From: Minutocellus sp. GHC0000111
Lineage: Eukaryota
Length of the DNA stretch: 64,000 bases
NCBI GenBank assembly: GCA_977018835.1
Contig: OZ361259.1
Coordinates: 3,658,001 to 3,722,000, forward strand
Direction of reading: 5' to 3'
A model generated the notes under the pieces. It was not told the DNA's origin and made no database searches. It was given only the letters and a program-made list of their open reading frames with translations. This document shows, piece by piece, positions 47,112 to 57,655 of the stretch. Positions within the stretch are counted from its first letter, which is position 1. Each line of letters opens with the position of its first letter. Both the position numbers and the translations under genes were made by a program.

Positions 47112-48050
47112 ATGCGCCTGCAAGCCTTCCTTTTATTCTTTACCATCGCTCTCGCTTCGGCGGAAACATATCAGCAGCCTCCACTGCCCTACGCCACCTC
47201 TGCCCTCGAACCGGTCATCGGGAGGCAAACGTTAGAGATCCATCATGGCAAGCACGAAAAAAAGTATGTCGATACGATGAATTCCATGGTCAAGGGCACC
47301 GATCTCGAAGGAAAGTCGTTGGAAACCATAATCAAAACTGCTCACGAACGTAACAATCAGGTCCTCTTCAACAACGCCGCCCAGGCTTGGAATCATGCGT
47401 TCTACTGGAAGTGCATGTCCCCTCCCTCTGCCGGCGGTGGGTCATATTGGCGAAAGAAGGAAGAAGACAAGCCGAACGAACCCGACAAGGACAGCAAGAT
47501 ATCGAAAGCAATCAAAAGGTCCTTTGGTGGATACAGGCAATTCCGCGGCATAGTCGTCAAGGCCGGTACGACTGCCTTTGGATCGGGTTGGGCATGGCTG
47601 TGCTACGACGTGAAGAATGATGTTCTTCTGGTCACAAAAACAATCGGCGCCGACAATCCCATGACGGACGGACATGTGCCTCTCCTTACGATTGATGTTT
47701 GGGAGCACGCGTACTATCTGAACTACCAGAACAAACGTCCTGAATATATCGACGCATTTTTGGACAAGCTTGTCAATTGGGACCAAGTCGAGAAGAATTT
47801 GCTGGAAGCTGTGCAGCAAGCTGGAGGCAAATCGAGACTAGCAGGAGAGTTGCAAGTACTTTGGTGCATGATAGATACATGGTGGCGGGCAATGAAAATA
47901 TATGATACTAGTATGCCATGGTATGCAGTACAGGAGAAGGATAAGACATATTTAGATAAATTATTTTACGTGCGGATAACATACATATTCACTTTCTTTG
48001 CTGCTGCATCTGGGCCAGATTATCTGCGTATCTTGCAAAATCATCCTTGA
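47112..48050 (+). CDS. sodB: Fe-type superoxide dismutase with a signal peptide; natural end probably AGEL at 47852
   Basis: PPLPY..ALEP, HHGKH..YV, FNNAAQAWNH (Fe-type AAQ), FGSGWAWL, GADNP and DVWEHAYY. Confidence 0.9.
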   Translation: MRLQAFLLFFTIALASAETYQQPPLPYATSALEPVIGRQTLEIHHGKHEKKYVDTMNSMVKGTDLEGKSLETIIKTAHERNNQVLFNNAAQAWNHAFYWKCMSPPSAGGGSYWRKKEEDKPNEPDKDSKISKAIKRSFGGYRQFRGIVVKAGTTAFGSGWAWLCYDVKNDVLLVTKTIGADNPMTDGHVPLLTIDVWEHAYYLNYQNKRPEYIDAFLDKLVNWDQVEKNLLEAVQQAGGKSRLAGELQVLWCMIDTWWRAMKIYDTSMPWYAVQEKDKTYLDKLFYVRITYIFTFFAAASGPDYLRILQNHP

Positions 48051-48724
48051 CTTTCTTTAGACACGCCGAACCGTTTCGCTCGCAACATGGACGCGCCCAG
48101 ATGTCTCGTATTGTCACGATTGGATCCAGCGATCCAAAGTTTTTGCCACTCCAATCCACCATGGGCGCTTGGAATATCGTCGTCGCGGGCTGGCCACACT
48201 CGGCGCATCTCACATCATCGCCACATTTTGCTAACATTTGCTCCTTATAGCTCAAGGCTACAGAAAGGCACAGATGATAGTCAAAGTCGGAGTCTGTCTT
48301 GGCATGCTCGATGGCGGCCTTGGGAAGTAGCCTGATGCGTTCAAATGCCACATCGTCACCATCTTTAATGCTTACGTTTGCCTTGTAGGAAACCGGGACC
48401 TTGTCCTTTCGTTCGCAATTGACGAGAAATCGCGCCATTTCATCCATAAACGTCGTTACATCGAGGGGATGGAACGTGTGATCCTTGGTAAATTTCCCCA
48501 CAACGATCGCGAGACTTATGCCCGGCCCAGTGATTTTGTTGACACTCTCTCGAACAGGCTGCCTTCCCTCCACATTTTCCCGTGCATCGGCGCAGATTAT
48601 CCGATGATTTTCCACACTGGGCGCATTTTCCGTCGATCGTCATGATAGGATATGATATGAATGCTCCCCCATTGATCACTCTTTCTCGTATCTTTTGCTC
48701 TTTGCTGCTTCGATTTCCCGCCAT
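47989..48724 (-). CDS. MYND zinc-finger protein, frameshift at the G-run near 48497
   Basis: CAQC..LRRCTGKC..ACSRECQQNHWAGHKSRDRC, and a second CAECGQP...CC..C module. Confidence 0.8.
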
Positions 48725-48858
48725 TTTAATTAATGTGGGAAACAACAAGACCCAAGAATTGGTGCCACGTGACATCGCGAGAATCCGTTGGTAGGGCAAG
48801 TAGAAAATGTACTGACTTCTACGCAAGTCTTTTGAACACCGCACACAAGCCTCGTTTC

Positions 48859-48936
48859 AACGCCTTGCTTCTCTGCCTGTCGGCGGTACCTAGGCTAGGT
48901 AACGCCTTGCTTCTCTGCCTGTCGGCGGTACCTAGG
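48859..48936. repeat. 36-bp perfect tandem repeat (period 42) in the divergent MYND/Ca-ATPase intergenic region
   Basis: AACGCCTTGCTTCTCTGCCTGTCGGCGGTACCTAGG at 48859 and 48901. Confidence 0.95.
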
Positions 48937-49272
48937 TAGGGTCGGTCGTCATTCGTCACCCTCCAGTTCAACTTGCAACTGCTTGGCATTGGACGGCTCT
49001 TTTGGGAGAGAATTCTCGTTCATTTTGCTCAGACGAATCGATATCTCTGTTGTACACTAGCCATTAGCTGCATCTACTGTTTGTAGTTGCGCGTATCTTT
49101 TGTCTTTTCCAAGAAGGCGAAACATTGAAACCAGCACGTCTTGTGCTTGAATCGGAGAGTCTTTGTGCGCATCGATCGTCCTTGGTCACCACCCGAACCG
49201 ACTCATTCTCGTCTCCATTTAGTTTAGTTCACTTGCTTTGCGCATATATATTCTAGCGCATATCATCAACAT

Positions 49273-52200
49273 ATGTGCAAGCAGTCCTCGGGCTCGTCAT
49301 CAGCCAAATCCCTCGATAAAATGGGCAAAAGCAACGGCTCGTCGTCTTCGGAAAACAACGACGGCATGATCAGCGGAGAACCGTCCGCCGTCCGCGACCT
49401 TCTCAAGTCGATCAATCAGCCCCAATCACTCCAATCCAACCTTACCAATCTTCAGTCCAAGACCATTGGAAACACTTCTGGTTTGCTCAAACTTCTGGCC
49501 AGCGACGTCGATGATGGCATTGCCTCAAGCAGTGTCGACGAACGCCGTCGGGTCTATGGCACAAACTACACGCCGTCTGCACCTCGAAAGTCCTTCTTTC
49601 AGCTGTTTGTTGATACGTTCGATGATGCCACCGTGCAGATATTGATGGCTGCCGCCGTAGTTAGTTTGGCCATTGGCATTTATGGTGAGTCATTGTAATG
49701 AATTGGTCGAGTTTTTGTGGTGCATTTGCTTTTTTATGGCGAAACGCCTGATATTCGTGTTCTATTGGGTTATTGCTGGGCCTTTTGCACCATATTAGCC
49801 ATTTAGTTACTTCGATTGCAAGATGAATGCATGTATCTCACCTCTTCCGCATCCCACCCTTTTTAACACCTACTACTATTCAGATGACCCGGCCACCGGA
49901 TACATTGAGGGAGTTGCCATCTTGACCGCCGTCTTCATCGTGGCCATCGTTACGGCCATTAACGATTACGAGAAGGAGCGTCAATTCGAGTCCTTGTCGG
50001 AAGAGAACGACAATGTCGATGCCCTCGTCATTCGGGACGGTGTTTCTCAGCAGATTTCTGTCCGTGACATCGTCGTTGGTGATCTGGTTTGCATTGAGGC
50101 CGGTGATCAGATTCCATGTGACGGTGTCTTGCTGTCGTGCGATGGGCTCGAGCTCGATGAGAGTGCCCTGACCGGTGAGCCGATTGACATTGACAAGGAT
50201 TTGACCCACGATCCCTTTGTTCTATCGGGATGTACCACCAATGCCGGTGCCGGTACCTTCGTCGCCACGGCCGTCGGCAAGGATTCTCAGTGGGGTGTGA
50301 TCAAATCGCACCTCGAGAAGGAGCAGGATCAGACCCCCCTCCAGGAGAAGCTCGATGATATGGCCGCCATGATTGGATACGTCGGTATGGCCGCCGCTCT
50401 TGCCACCTTTATCGCCATGATGTTCATCAAGTTGGTGGTCCAGCCTGCCTATCTGGAGGATGTGTCGGTGTTCAACTTTGCTCTCGATGCCTTTATCATT
50501 GGTGTGACTATTGTCGTTGTGGCCGTCCCCGAGGGTCTCCCCCTCGCCGTTACCATCAGTTTGGCCTACTCGACTAAGAAGATGTTATCAGATCAGAACC
50601 TGATTCGTCACTTGGCCGCATGTGAGACGATGGGCAACGCCACCAACATCTGCAGTGACAAGACCGGAACTTTGACGGAGAATCGCATGACGGTCGTCAA
50701 GGGTGTGTTTGCCAACAAGCGTCACGATGATACTGCCGACCCCACCGTCCCTGCTGATATCTCATCCAAGGCTCTGGATGTTATCCTTCAGGGTATTGCT
50801 ACTTGTTCGACGGCTCGGATTGTCCCTGCCGAGATTGCTCACAAGGATGACGACCCCGATGGCTTGATTCATGATACTCGTCCTGTCCTTATTGGTAACA
50901 AGACCGAGGCCGCTCTCCTTGCTCTTGCCGTCTCTCCATTCGGCAACGAGGACGATTATTCCGCCCGACGGGCCGCTGCTCAGTTCGGAAAGTCGGGTGG
51001 ATCCCGTCTCTTCCCTTTCAGCTCGCTGCGAAAGCGCATGTCGGTAATTGTCAATGAGCCCGCCGATTCGTCGGATGCCCCTGCGCCCACTCCCACCAGA
51101 CGCCGTTTGCGATCGAATGGCAACAAGGGAGTCCCCACCACCGGCGATGGCAAGATGCGCTGGACTTTGTATCACAAGGGAGCGGCCGAGTCCGTTCTGC
51201 AGAACTGCACCACCTTCCTTGACTCGGATGGATCGACCAAGAAGCTAACGGCGGCCAAGCGTGCCGAAATCGAGGCCACGATCAAGGAATTCGCCACCTC
51301 GGCCCTTCGTTGTGTCGCTCTTAGCCACAGATATGATGTCGATTCCATCGTGGACGTTACCAAGTGCACTGTTGGAGATTGCGCGGATAAGTTGGAGAAA
51401 GAAATGTGTTTGGATGCCCTCGTTGGTATCGCCGATCCTCTTCGCCCGGATGTCATTGAAGCTGTGGCAACCTGCCAGAAGGCTGGCATCTTTGTCCGCA
51501 TGGTCACCGGAGATAACCTCGATACTGCAATGGCCATCGCTAAGGAGGCCGGCATTCTTCATGATGGTGAGTGATCATTGCTCTGACTTCTTTAGCTCTA
51601 TTCGTTCACACGGACATTTCATCTAACTCTTCCTTTCAATGCGATCTTTTCTTATGTTCAGACGGCATCTCGATGGTCGGTGAGGACTTCCGCAAGCTCA
51701 CGCCCGCGCAGCTCGATGAGGTATTGCCTCGTCTTCAGGTTTTGGCTCGTTCTTCCCCGGAAGACAAGCACATTCTGGTCCAGCGATTGAATGGTGGTCT
51801 CATGCCCACCACCGAGGAGCAGTGGCTCGAGGCGCATCCCGGTAAGGACTACGCCACTCAGAAGGACAAGCTCCTGCCCGGTCACATGGATGAGTGGGCC
51901 CTAACTCGACGAGGTGGAGTCGGTGAGGTCGTTGGCGTTACGGGAGATGGTACCAATGATGGACCAGCCCTCAAGGCTGCCGATGTCGGCCTTTCTATGG
52001 GTATCAGCGGTACCGATGTTGCCAAAAATGCTTCCGACATTGTCATCATGGACGATAACTTCTCGTCCATCGTCAAGGCCGTCCTCTGGGGACGGTCTGT
52101 TTTTGACAACATCCGAAAGTTCCTTCAATTCCAACTCACTGTCAACATTGTGGCGCTTACTATCACATTCCTTTCGGCTGTCTGCGGTTACAAGCCCCCT

Positions 52201-52872
52201 CTCAATGCGGTCATGATGCTTTGGGTAAATCTCATCATGGACACCATGGGTGCTCTTGCCCTTGGTACCGAGCCGCCGACGAATGAGCTGCTCGACCGAA
52301 GACCTTACAAGCGTGACGCCAGCCTCATCAACCGGCCGATGTGGAGAAATATCTTGGTCCAGGCTGCCTATCAGCTTGGTCTTCTCATCTTCTTGCTCAA
52401 GGAGGCTCCCGTCATGTTTGGATGCGGAGACGGCACCCGTCATCACTTTACGATCATCTTCAACGCCTTTGTGTTCTGCCAGGTATTCAATGAATTCAAC
52501 GCTCGCGAGATCGGCGATGTATTTGACCCCTTCAAGAAGCTTGGTACCAGCCCCATGTTTGTGATCGTCATCATCTTCACGATTATTGCTCAGTGGTTCA
52601 TCGTCGAGTATGGCGGTGACTTCACGCAAACGTATCCCCTGAGCTTTGAGGAGTGGGAGATCACCTTCATGCTTGGTGCCATGTCGATTCCCGTCGGATA
52701 CTTGATGCGGTTGATCCCCATCGACGAAGATCCGGATAGCTTTGCAGGAATTGGCAACTCCATGCCGAAGAAGAAGCCAACGAGCTCCTTTGGTATGCCG
52801 AGTCTACTCATTCCATTGGCTGCTGCCGCATATCAGTTCTACAAGGAAGCCGATGGCGAGGGCTTGATTTAG
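49273..52872 (+). CDS. P2B-type (PMCA/ACA-like) Ca2+-transporting ATPase; introns 49685-49883 and 51567-51661
   Basis: DESALTGE, VPEGLPLAVT, CSDKTGT, KGAAE, DPLRP, MVTGDN, GDGTND and LWVNLIMDT. Confidence 0.95.
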
Positions 52873-52973
52873 TTTTCAATCATTTGGAGCTACGTATATA
52901 ATAATAATAAGAAAAGAAGAACATGCAAGTCTTGCTACAGCTTTGTATTTTGTTTCAGCTCTATGATGCTGCT

Positions 52974-53534
52974 TCACACCAAGACTTCATCTTCACTTTC
53001 ATCGCCGTCCTCGCCACCGTCCGTCATCGTGTTTGTTTTTGGTCTTTCCTTCTCATCTTGCACTTTACAAGCAGGCATCGGCATGCCAAAGTTTGTAGTC
53101 TTCATCAAATGTACCATGTGGTCGCTGCTGGAAAGGATTCGCATGATTGAATGTCTTTGCTGTATCGCAATCGGTAGCATGTTGGTAAGCGTCAAGGGAC
53201 AAACCAACATGGGCTCTTCGATGAAAGGCACTTGATATTTGTACGACTGAGGGCCACTGCCTCCACACGGTTTCCATTCTTTGACGAGATGCTGAATCTC
53301 ATCGAGCGAAAACCCCTTCAAGTCATTCAAGAACGACGCGAACTTCTCGAAGAAATGATGGTTGTTGCTTGTTTGGTAAATGCAGTTGCATCTCCTCCTA
53401 GGCCTAGTTCTTGCACTACATGGGTTGTAGCAACCGCCGCGTTTTCCGTAGTGGTACTCGAATGATTCCTTTACTGTTCTTTCGTTCATTTTTTCATTGG
53501 ACTTTTTCAGCTTGTAAAGTGTGGGAGGTGCCAT
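52974..53534 (-). CDS. Hypothetical protein (Cys-containing, acidic C-terminus), copy 1
   Basis: ORF from MAPPTLYK, convergent with the Ca-ATPase and divergent from PRP38. Confidence 0.55.
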   Translation of the reverse strand: MAPPTLYKLKKSNEKMNERTVKESFEYHYGKRGGCYNPCSARTRPRRRCNCIYQTSNNHHFFEKFASFLNDLKGFSLDEIQHLVKEWKPCGGSGPQSYKYQVPFIEEPMLVCPLTLTNMLPIAIQQRHSIMRILSSSDHMVHLMKTTNFGMPMPACKVQDEKERPKTNTMTDGGEDGDESEDEVLV

Positions 53535-54017
53535 ATTGTACTCTAAGATCAACGCAAATCTCGCGGTACTTCAATGCCCATCTCGCGTTGCTACTTTTGC
53601 TTTCACATTCATTTGACCATGAACACGCGCCACCAGATTGCCATGGCTGCCATGGCACTGGCACTGATGACTTGACACGTTCGGTTTCGCTTTCTTGCTT
53701 ACGGCGCTTCCTCGTCTTGATGATTCGTCTGGCAGTCGTCCGTTTCGCTGCTGGAAGAGCCGGCGAGAGGCGAGAGGAGATCGGCAAGGGCGGGCAGTCC
53801 AAGCACAGCCTTCTCCTCCATTCGACTGATCCGCCCTTTCGTACACACCAGAACACGGTTGTATCTTCCGCCACGGGGTATTTGGTGGTAGCGCTTCAAT
53901 GGTCTGATATTTTGTCGGAAGCCAAAGACATATATTTCTCAGCACGAAAAAGCAGCACGCACATACATAAAGCAACCAAACCAAACGAAACTTTACAAGC
54001 AGCAGCAACAATAAGCC

Positions 54018-54326
54018 ATGGCCAACGTCACCGACCCCCTGGCCCGGGCCATTCACGGTACCAACCCACAAAATCTAATCGAATACATCACCCGGCAAAA
54101 GATTTACGACTCGCAATACTGGAAGGAAGAGTGCTTCGGCTTGTCGGCGGTCGACATTACCGAAAAGGCGGCCCTGCAAATCAAGGCCGTCGGGGGTTCG
54201 TATGGCGGTAATTCCAAGCCGACACGATTTCTATGTTTGGTACTCAAGATGCTGCAAATTCAACCCGACGAAGAGATTGTGGAGGAACTGATATCCAACG
54301 AGGACTTCAAGTATGTGCGGGCGCTG
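54018..54326 (+). pseudogene. PRP38: PRP38 5' fragment cut at the palindrome junction
   Basis: MANVTDP..HGTNPQNL..YWKEECFGL..FKYVRAL, followed by unrelated sequence. Confidence 0.85.
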
Positions 54327-54966
54327 CACCTGCCGCAAAGGGAGTCACAGCAATACTGGCTGCTACTACAAGTATTACGCCCTGGGCAGATTCCTCCTCC
54401 ATAATTTGCATCATGGCACTCCGCCTCGGACCGTCCAAATATCCCGCCTCCTCCAACACCTCCCGCTTGGGCAGTCTCGGCAGAGCAATTCCACATACCC
54501 GATCCTGCGTCAGCAAATCGTCCACAAACCCATCCATCGTCGTCAGCGTCCAATCGGTCATGTCCCGTCGACGCAGCGGTCGGTAGTCATTCAACAGCGG
54601 TTCGAGCTGCTCGTAAATATCGGCCGGTCGGCCCGTCAACCGCATATAAAATGCCCCCAGCGCCCGCACATACTTGAAGTCCTCGTTGGATATCAGTTCC
54701 TCCACAATCTCTTCGTCGGGTTGAATTTGCAGCATCTTGAGTACCAAACATAGAAATCGTGTCGGCTTGGAATTACCGCCATACGAACCCCCGACGGCCT
54801 TGATTTGCAGGGCCGCCTTTTCGGTAATGTCGACCGCCGACAAGCCGAAGCACTCTTCCTTCCAGTATTGCGAGTCGTAAATCTTTTGCCGGGTGATGTA
54901 TTCGATTAGATTTTGTGGGTTGGTACCGTGAATGGCCCGGGCCAGGGGGTCGGTGACGTTGGCCAT
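54307..54966 (-). CDS. PRP38: Splicing factor PRP38 with a complete core domain and a junction-derived C-terminus
   Basis: KYVRALGAFYMRLTG..LEPLLNDYR..DGFVDDLL..LPRLPKR..LEEAG; the stop codon comes from the left arm. Confidence 0.85.
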   Translation of the reverse strand: MANVTDPLARAIHGTNPQNLIEYITRQKIYDSQYWKEECFGLSAVDITEKAALQIKAVGGSYGGNSKPTRFLCLVLKMLQIQPDEEIVEELISNEDFKYVRALGAFYMRLTGRPADIYEQLEPLLNDYRPLRRRDMTDWTLTTMDGFVDDLLTQDRVCGIALPRLPKREVLEEAGYLDGPRRSAMMQIMEEESAQGVILVVAASIAVTPFAAGAAPAHT

Positions 54967-55443
54967 GGCTTATTGTTGCTGCTGCTTGTAAAGTTTCGTT
55001 TGGTTTGGTTGCTTTATGTATGTGCGTGCTGCTTTTTCGTGCTGAGAAATATATGTCTTTGGCTTCCGACAAAATATCAGACCATTGAAGCGCTACCACC
55101 AAATACCCCGTGGCGGAAGATACAACCGTGTTCTGGTGTGTACGAAAGGGCGGATCAGTCGAATGGAGGAGAAGGCTGTGCTTGGACTGCCCGCCCTTGC
55201 CGATCTCCTCTCGCCTCTCGCCGGCTCTTCCAGCAGCGAAACGGACGACTGCCAGACGAATCATCAAGACGAGGAAGCGCCGTAAGCAAGAAAGCGAAAC
55301 CGAACGTGTCAAGTCATCAGTGCCATGGCAGCCATGGCAATCTGGTGGCGCGTGTTCATGGTCAAATGAATGTGAAAGCAAAAGTAGCAACGCGAGATGG
55401 GCATTGAAGTACCGCGAGATTTGCGTTGATCTTAGAGTACAAT

Positions 55444-56004
55444 ATGGCACCTCCCACACTTTACAAGCTGAAAAAGTCCAATGAAAAAATGAACGAAAGA
55501 ACAGTAAAGGAATCATTCGAGTACCACTACGGAAAACGCGGCGGTTGCTACAACCCATGTAGTGCAAGAACTAGGCCTAGGAGGAGATGCAACTGCATTT
55601 ACCAAACAAGCAACAACCATCATTTCTTCGAGAAGTTCGCGTCGTTCTTGAATGACTTGAAGGGGTTTTCGCTCGATGAGATTCAGCATCTCGTCAAAGA
55701 ATGGAAACCGTGTGGAGGCAGTGGCCCTCAGTCGTACAAATATCAAGTGCCTTTCATCGAAGAGCCCATGTTGGTTTGTCCCTTGACGCTTACCAACATG
55801 CTACCGATTGCGATACAGCAAAGACATTCAATCATGCGAATCCTTTCCAGCAGCGACCACATGGTACATTTGATGAAGACTACAAACTTTGGCATGCCGA
55901 TGCCTGCTTGTAAAGTGCAAGATGAGAAGGAAAGACCAAAAACAAACACGATGACGGACGGTGGCGAGGACGGCGATGAAAGTGAAGATGAAGTCTTGGT
56001 GTGA
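55444..56004 (+). CDS. Hypothetical protein, copy 2 (same translation as 52974-53534)
   Basis: Lies in the right arm of the inverted repeat. Confidence 0.55.
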   Translation: MAPPTLYKLKKSNEKMNERTVKESFEYHYGKRGGCYNPCSARTRPRRRCNCIYQTSNNHHFFEKFASFLNDLKGFSLDEIQHLVKEWKPCGGSGPQSYKYQVPFIEEPMLVCPLTLTNMLPIAIQQRHSIMRILSSSDHMVHLMKTTNFGMPMPACKVQDEKERPKTNTMTDGGEDGDESEDEVLV

Positions 56005-56105
56005 AGCAGCATCATAGAGCTGAAACAAAATACAAAGCTGTAGCAAGACTTGCATGTTCTTCTTTTCTTATTATTATTATATACGTAGCTCCAAATGATT
56101 GAAAA

Positions 56106-57655
56106 CTAAATCAAGCCCTCGCCATCGGCTTCCTTGTAGAACTGATATGCGGCAGCAGCCAATGGAATGAGTAGACTCGGCATACCAAAGGAGCTCGTTG
56201 GCTTCTTCTTCGGCATGGAGTTGCCAATTCCTGCAAAGCTATCCGGATCTTCGTCGATGGGGATCAACCGCATCAAGTATCCGACGGGAATCGACATGGC
56301 ACCAAGCATGAAGGTGATCTCCCACTCCTCAAAGCTCAGGGGATACGTTTGCGTGAAGTCACCGCCATACTCGACGATGAACCACTGAGCAATAATCGTG
56401 AAGATGATGACGATCACAAACATGGGGCTGGTACCAAGCTTCTTGAAGGGGTCAAATACATCGCCGATCTCGCGAGCGTTGAATTCATTGAATACCTGGC
56501 AGAACACAAAGGCGTTGAAGATGATCGTAAAGTGATGACGGGTGCCGTCTCCGCATCCAAACATGACGGGAGCCTCCTTGAGCAAGAAGATGAGAAGACC
56601 AAGCTGATAGGCAGCCTGGACCAAGATATTTCTCCACATCGGCCGGTTGATGAGGCTGGCGTCACGCTTGTAAGGTCTTCGGTCGAGCAGCTCATTCGTC
56701 GGCGGCTCGGTACCAAGGGCAAGAGCACCCATGGTGTCCATGATGAGATTTACCCAAAGCATCATGACCGCATTGAGAGGGGGCTTGTAACCGCAGACAG
56801 CCGAAAGGAATGTGATAGTAAGCGCCACAATGTTGACAGTGAGTTGGAATTGAAGGAACTTTCGGATGTTGTCAAAAACAGACCGTCCCCAGAGGACGGC
56901 CTTGACGATGGACGAGAAGTTATCGTCCATGATGACAATGTCGGAAGCATTTTTGGCAACATCGGTACCGCTGATACCCATAGAAAGGCCGACATCGGCA
57001 GCCTTGAGGGCTGGTCCATCATTGGTACCATCTCCCGTAACGCCAACGACCTCACCGACTCCACCTCGTCGAGTTAGGGCCCACTCATCCATGTGACCGG
57101 GCAGGAGCTTGTCCTTCTGAGTGGCGTAGTCCTTACCGGGATGCGCCTCGAGCCACTGCTCCTCGGTGGTGGGCATGAGACCACCATTCAATCGCTGGAC
57201 CAGAATGTGCTTGTCTTCCGGGGAAGAACGAGCCAAAACCTGAAGACGAGGCAATACCTCATCGAGCTGCGCGGGCGTGAGCTTGCGGAAGTCCTCACCG
57301 ACCATCGAGATGCCGTCTGAACATAAGAAAAGATCGCATTGAAAGGAAGAGTTAGATGAAATGTCCGTGTGAACGAATAGAGCTAAAGAAGTCAGAGCAA
57401 TGATCACTCACCATCATGAAGAATGCCGGCCTCCTTAGCGATGGCCATTGCAGTATCGAGGTTATCTCCGGTGACCATGCGGACAAAGATGCCAGCCTTC
57501 TGGCAGGTTGCCACAGCTTCAATGACATCCGGGCGAAGAGGATCGGCGATACCAACGAGGGCATCCAAACACATTTCTTTCTCCAACTTATCCGCGCAAT
57601 CTCCAACAGTGCACTTGGTAACGTCCACGATGGAATCGACATCATATCTGTGGCT
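56106..57655 (-). pseudogene. 5'-truncated duplicate of the Ca-ATPase (lacks DKTGT)
   Basis: Mirror of 51323-52872, including the intron. Confidence 0.85.

Larger units (their letters stand above)
51323..57655. repeat. Large inverted duplication: arms 51323-54326 and 54658-57655, spacer 54327-54657
   Basis: Mirror ORFs have identical translations. Coordinate sums are 108978 (outer) and 108984 (inner), differing by one GGCACT unit at about 53654-53665. Confidence 0.97.

Noticed and set aside
53411..54211. 266/264-aa ORFs spanning the hypothetical-PRP38 intergenic region in both arms
   Set aside because: TTG starts, they cross a divergent promoter and overlap PRP38 out of frame; the identity merely reflects the duplication.
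51323..57655. Palindrome arms as long TIRs of a transposon or linear element
   Set aside because: The arms are host genes broken mid-CDS, with no TSD and no transposase or polymerase between them.
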